From: Spirochaetia bacterium
GTDB lineage: Bacteria > Spirochaetota > Spirochaetia > SZUA-6 > Bin103
Length of the DNA stretch: 64,000 nt
Reading direction: 5' to 3'
Assembly (NCBI GenBank): GCA_965198005.1
Contig: CBDAOI010000002.1
Span: forward strand, 851,417-915,416
Shown: positions 60,099-64,000 of the stretch, in pieces
How the letters are laid out: every line of letters starts with the position of its first letter
Numbering within the stretch: position 1 is the first letter of the stretch
Position numbers and translations under genes: made by a program
The notes under the pieces: model-generated
Databases searched by the model: none
Told to the model about the DNA's origin: nothing
The model's input: the letters and a program-made list of their open reading frames with translations, nothing else

Positions 60099-60686
60099 GT
60101 GTTACAGAAACTGCTGGGAGATACCAGCTTCCATCATCTACTTCTGAAAATCGACGAGGACGTGGCGAAAGGGGTGCGGAGCAAGGGCTGTCCGCACTGC
60201 GCGGGCGTACTGCACTCGGCGCGCTATGAGCGCAAGCCGCGCGGCGGGCCGAGCGAACTACCGCCGAACTATGAGCGGCGGGCGAGTTTCTGTTGCGCGG
60301 CGGCGGGGTGCCGCAAGCGGGTGACGCCGCCGGCGCTGCGGTTCTGGGGCCGGCGGGTGTATCTGGGGCCGGTGTTTGTGCTGGTGTTCAGCATGCAGAG
60401 CGGGATCACGCACAAGCGAACAGAAGAGTTGCGCAAGCAGTTGCGAGCGCCGACGTTGAGCCGGCGTACGCTCAGGCGCTGGCGCCAGTGGTGGCTGGAG
60501 GTGTTCCCGAGGAGTTCGTTCTGGAGCACCGGGCGGGGGCGGTTTATGCCGCCGGTAGATGAGAAGTCGCTGCCTGGGTCGCTGCTGGCGCGGTTTGGTC
60601 AGACCGACGCCGCCGAGCGGGTGGTGGCAGCGTTGCGCTATCTGGCGCCGGCGACCGCCGGAGCGAGCTCGGTGATGGCCCCCTGA
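60099..60686 (+). CDS. Transposon-associated Cys-rich/HTH protein
   Basis: CPHC...FCC...C and RRTLRRWRQWW; first gene of the DDE/ExeA module. Confidence 0.75.
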   Translation: MLQKLLGDTSFHHLLLKIDEDVAKGVRSKGCPHCAGVLHSARYERKPRGGPSELPPNYERRASFCCAAAGCRKRVTPPALRFWGRRVYLGPVFVLVFSMQSGITHKRTEELRKQLRAPTLSRRTLRRWRQWWLEVFPRSSFWSTGRGRFMPPVDEKSLPGSLLARFGQTDAAERVVAALRYLAPATAGASSVMAP

Positions 60687-60770
60687 CCACCCGCAGAAGC
60701 TGCAAGGTCCCCTGAGGTTCCCGCACGAGTTGGGGTCTATCCCCGGGGCGTAGCGCTCGCCAAATTTGGG

Positions 60771-62258
60771 GTGAGCAGAGGAACGGGGGTCATGGAAGGA
60801 CCAGACAGACAACGAGAGGTCTCAGACCGCGATCAGTGGGCACGATTCCGGTTTTCGGTGATCGGCCCGCTGTTGGCCGCGCCACCGGCGTGCGGCGAAC
60901 TGCAGCACGCGCTGCAGCAGCTGGCCGCGCGGGAGTACCAACACCCGCTGAGCAAGCAACCGATCACGCTGGGAGTGTCGACAATCGAACGCTGGTACTA
61001 CCGCGCTCGGCTGGAGTGGGATCCGGTGGGGGCGTTGCGCAATCAAGTGCGCAGCGATGCGGGCGGGCATCCGAGCGTGGCGGCGGCACAGCGCGTGGCG
61101 CTCCGCCAGCAGCACCGGGAGCACCCTGGCTGGAGCTACCAGTTGCACTACGACAACCTGAAGGAGCTGGCCAAGCAGCAGGCGGAGTTGGGGCGGGTGC
61201 CATCCTACGCGGTGGTGCGGCGGTGGATGAAGACGCAAGGGTTGTACCGTCGCAAGCGCACTCGGGTACGGCACACCGCCGGCGCCCGCAGAGCCGCCTA
61301 TCGCCTGGAGCAGCGCGAGGTGCGCAGCTACGAAGCCGAGTACGTCGGCGGCTTGTTCCATGCCGACTTTCATCATGCGTCGCGGGAGGTGCTGACCCGC
61401 CAGGGACAGTGGGTCAGGCCGCAGTTGTTCGCGGTCCTGGACGACAAGTCGCGGCTGTGCTGCCACGCGCAGTGGTACCTGCAGGAGGCTGCGGAAACCT
61501 TCGCCCACGGGCTGCTGCAGGCGTTCCTCAAGCGCGGCCTGGCACGCGCCCTGATGACCGACCACGGGGGGGCCGAGACGGCTGCCGAGATCGAAGAAGG
61601 GTTGGCTGAGTTGGGCGTGCTGCACGAGTTGACGCTGCCCTATTCGCCTTATCAGAACGCCAAGCAGGAAGTGTTCTGGGTGCCGATCGAGACCCGTCTG
61701 TTGGCGATGCTGGAAGGCGTGCCGGATCTCACCTTGGAGCAACTCAACGAAGCCACCCAGGCCTGGATCGAGTTGGAGTACCACCGGCGCGTGCACTCCG
61801 AGACCGGGCAGACGCCGCTGGAAGCCTTCCTGGCGGCCCCCAACGTGCTGCGCGACTGCCCGGCGCCGCAGCAGTTGCGGCACGCCTTTCGGGTCAAGGT
61901 GGTGCGCACGCAGCGCCGCAGTGATGGCACCCTGACCCTCGACGGCGTGCGCTTCGAGCTGCCGGGCCGGCTACGTCACTTGGCGCGGGTAGCGGTGCGC
62001 TATGCCCGCTGGGATCTCAGTCAGGCCGCAGTGGTCGATGAACGCACCGGCGCCGAGGTGGCGACCATCTACCCGCAGAACAAGACCGCCAACGCCAGCG
62101 GCCAGCGGCGGCGTTTGGAGTCCGCCGGTGCCGACTCGCCGGCGGCGCCGTCTGGAGTAGCGCCACTGTTGAAGAAGATGCTTGCCGACTACGCCGCCAC
62201 CGGCCTGCCGCCGGCCTACATCCCCAAACCAGAGAACCCCAAGGAGGATCTCCGATGA
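60771..62258 (+). CDS. DDE integrase/transposase (rve core plus Mu-like C terminus)
   Basis: WARFRFSVIGPLL, FHADFHH, LDDKSR, MTDHG, PYQNAKQE and HSETGQTP. Confidence 0.9.
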   Translation: MSRGTGVMEGPDRQREVSDRDQWARFRFSVIGPLLAAPPACGELQHALQQLAAREYQHPLSKQPITLGVSTIERWYYRARLEWDPVGALRNQVRSDAGGHPSVAAAQRVALRQQHREHPGWSYQLHYDNLKELAKQQAELGRVPSYAVVRRWMKTQGLYRRKRTRVRHTAGARRAAYRLEQREVRSYEAEYVGGLFHADFHHASREVLTRQGQWVRPQLFAVLDDKSRLCCHAQWYLQEAAETFAHGLLQAFLKRGLARALMTDHGGAETAAEIEEGLAELGVLHELTLPYSPYQNAKQEVFWVPIETRLLAMLEGVPDLTLEQLNEATQAWIELEYHRRVHSETGQTPLEAFLAAPNVLRDCPAPQQLRHAFRVKVVRTQRRSDGTLTLDGVRFELPGRLRHLARVAVRYARWDLSQAAVVDERTGAEVATIYPQNKTANASGQRRRLESAGADSPAAPSGVAPLLKKMLADYAATGLPPAYIPKPENPKEDLR

Positions 62259-62350
62259 ACCGCAAATTGCTGGCTCTCTACGGGCTGAAGTTCAACCCGT
62301 TCGCACCCGAGTTACCGACCGAGGCGCTGTGGATCGCGCCCGAGGTCGAT
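62255..62350 (+). pseudogene. ExeA-like AAA ATPase, truncated after about 32 codons
   Basis: AAGGAGG RBS and ATGA overlap; MNRKLLALYGLKFNPFAPELPTEALW. Confidence 0.75.
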
Positions 62351-62497
62351 CCTGGCCCGCAGTGCTGCGATCACGTCGTCGGTGTTCGCTGACCCGGCCG
62401 CGGAGGGGTCGGGGCGGCCGGGGCGGGCGGTAGCAGCCGGCTGAGCGGGACCGGCGAGCTCAGCGGGACGGGCGGGCTCAGCGGGCTGATCAGCCAT
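62345..62497 (-). pseudogene. 5' remnant of a host gene, possibly chorismate-mutase-like
   Basis: ATG overlaps the NUDIX gene end; MADQPAEP...DDVIAALRARID, then runs into the ExeA remnant. Confidence 0.4.
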
Positions 62498-63230
62498 CGG
62501 GTGCAGCCTGAACCGGGGCGGTCCGCACCGCCGCCGGCGCCAGAAACTCGTAGGGCTGGTTGTCCTCAATGGTCGCCGGTGCCAGGGCCGGACCCTGGAT
62601 CGCGCACCGCACCACGGCGCGGTTGAATTCGGCGACGTAGGTGGAGGAAAAATACTCGTCGAGCGGCATCCAGCGGCAGTCCTCGATCTCTGCCGGGTCG
62701 TGGCGAATCTCCTCGATCAATGGCCGCAGGCGGCATACGATGTACAAATCGGAGCGCCCGAACCGGAACTGATGACGATGACGGATACAGACGACGCCCT
62801 GAGACTCCGCCTGGATGCCGGTTTCCTCGGCCACCTCGCGCACCACCGCGGCCGCCAGATCCTCCTCGGGGTCGAGCGAGCCGCCGGGCAGCTTGTAGTA
62901 GGGGCGGCTGAGGTCGTGGCGAAACCGCTCGTTTACTACGAGCAACCGGTCGTGGGCGTCGATCACCACGCCGCCGGCACCGACGTTGTGGGTGGCGTAG
63001 TGGGGGATGTGCGCGTCGGTGTTCAGCGGCAGGGTCATCATCAGGGTGCCGTGGCCGGTATGATGAAATGCGAACCCGGCGGCCACCGGCACCAGCGCCG
63101 CCAACCGATGCGGAATCTCCAGCCAGATCAGCCGGTAGCCGGCGCGGCGCCAGGCCGCCGGCGGAAGCCGCCCGCGGTGAGCCGCCGTCGCTGGACCTCG
63201 GCCCGCTGCGCGCCGACCGCTATTAGCATG
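62490..63230 (-). CDS. NUDIX hydrolase (NUDT6-like), 5' end possibly frameshifted
   Basis: WLEIP, GFAFHH, ATHNVGAGG, KLPGG and AVVREVAEETG; no clean in-frame start. Confidence 0.8.
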   Translation of the reverse strand, partial: HANSGRRAAGRGPATAAHRGRLPPAAWRRAGYRLIWLEIPHRLAALVPVAAGFAFHHTGHGTLMMTLPLNTDAHIPHYATHNVGAGGVVIDAHDRLLVVNERFRHDLSRPYYKLPGGSLDPEEDLAAAVVREVAEETGIQAESQGVVCIRHRHQFRFGRSDLYIVCRLRPLIEEIRHDPAEIEDCRWMPLDEYFSSTYVAEFNRAVVRCAIQGPALAPATIEDNQPYEFLAPAAVRTAPVQAAPDG

Positions 63231-64000
63231 ATGTACCACTGCCGGTACGCAGCGAGCCATGCCCCTTACTGCGCAACCTATCGAGCTCTTCCTTGAAACG
63301 TCCCTCATCCGGTAACAGGTTGATGGCTCTCAGATACGCCTGTTCGACTTCGCGAAGCGGTGCCCGAAGCCGCTTCAGCGTGCGGCCGAGGTCACGCCAC
63401 GCCCAGCCATGCCGGGTTGCCGGGGCTTCAAGTTGGATTACGCGTTCGAGCAATGCACGGGCCTCGCCCAGAAGTCTCCGGTGTGCGTCGTGCCCGCCGC
63501 GACGCCGTCTTCGGCTGGCTTGCCGAGCTAGCCAGATTTTCGTCTGCGCGTACTCGTGAAGTGCTCGCGGATGCGTATTGATCAGCTCGCCAGCCTGTCC
63601 AAAGTAGCGATGCGCGGCCGACTCTTCGTTAAAGCGCCGTGCCAGGATGGCAGCTTCAATGGCATTCTCACCGGACATTGAGGGCGGTAGTCGCTGGAGT
63701 AGCTCCCGAGCCTCGCTCTCCCGGTTTCCCTCGAACAGCCCCTCGATCAGCGCACCGGTTACGCGTGGAATGGCGGCGGCCGGCCCACCGTGACGGAAGT
63801 CCTCGAATACCGACTTGGCTGCGTCCAACTCGTCGCCCATCGCGTATAGTCGGATCATCTCGGTCGCCACCGCGGCCGATGCTCGGTTGGCACGCCACGC
63901 GGATTCCAGCCGCCGGAATGCTCCTTCATGGTCGCCGACGGCACGCAGGTAGGCTACGTCACGCAGTGCTGAGATTGCAGCGTACTCAGGATGAGCCGGC
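63223..64000 (-). CDS. TPR-like C terminus of a larger protein (5' end outside the window)
   Basis: Frame is open to the window edge (PAHPEYAAISALRD...); helical repeats WAWRDLGRTL...AYLRAINLLP. Confidence 0.75.
   Translation of the reverse strand, partial: PAHPEYAAISALRDVAYLRAVGDHEGAFRRLESAWRANRASAAVATEMIRLYAMGDELDAAKSVFEDFRHGGPAAAIPRVTGALIEGLFEGNRESEARELLQRLPPSMSGENAIEAAILARRFNEESAAHRYFGQAGELINTHPRALHEYAQTKIWLARQASRRRRRGGHDAHRRLLGEARALLERVIQLEAPATRHGWAWRDLGRTLKRLRAPLREVEQAYLRAINLLPDEGRFKEELDRLRSKGHGSLRTGSGTSC

Noticed and set aside
62430-62490. Repeated CAGCGGG/GAGCGGG units
   Set aside because: They encode a Pro/Ala-rich low-complexity N terminus (PAEPARPAELAGPAQPA).

Overview
High-GC bacterial chromosome segment. 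Gene content (groEL without groES, cysS directly followed by an ECF sigma factor, a FemAB-type peptidoglycan bridge enzyme, hflKC) suggests a spirochaete, but this is inference. Bases 1-36 kb are mostly housekeeping: secF-secD-yajC, groEL, birA, a 2-oxoacid dehydrogenase E1a/E1b/E2 operon, tRNA-Cys, an ECF sigma/anti-sigma cluster, cysS, macrodomain, NFACT, murD, femAB, hflKC, murE, rplM-rpsI, recX and eno, with some small gene remnants. From about 37 kb to the end is an accessory island. (i) A candidate defence operon: SNF2 helicase-DUF3883, DUF932, OLD nuclease plus UvrD (Gabija-like), DUF1156 methyltransferase, DUF499 ATPase and a second OLD-like ATPase. The Gabija-like pair is translationally coupled inside the DUF1156/DUF499 (BREX-related) operon. 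(ii) Nested mobile elements: ISL3 and IS66 remnants, a Recombinase-In-Trio (RIT) element, an intact IS1595 and a truncated three-gene DDE/ExeA transposon. The most striking observation is that the RIT insertion can be reconstructed to the base. It splits an amidase gene at a shared GAT, has 90-bp terminal inverted repeats, and carries a perfect 34-bp palindrome outside its right repeat. Rejoining its ends gives one ~210-bp palindrome containing two back-to-back tyrosine-recombinase-type core sites.
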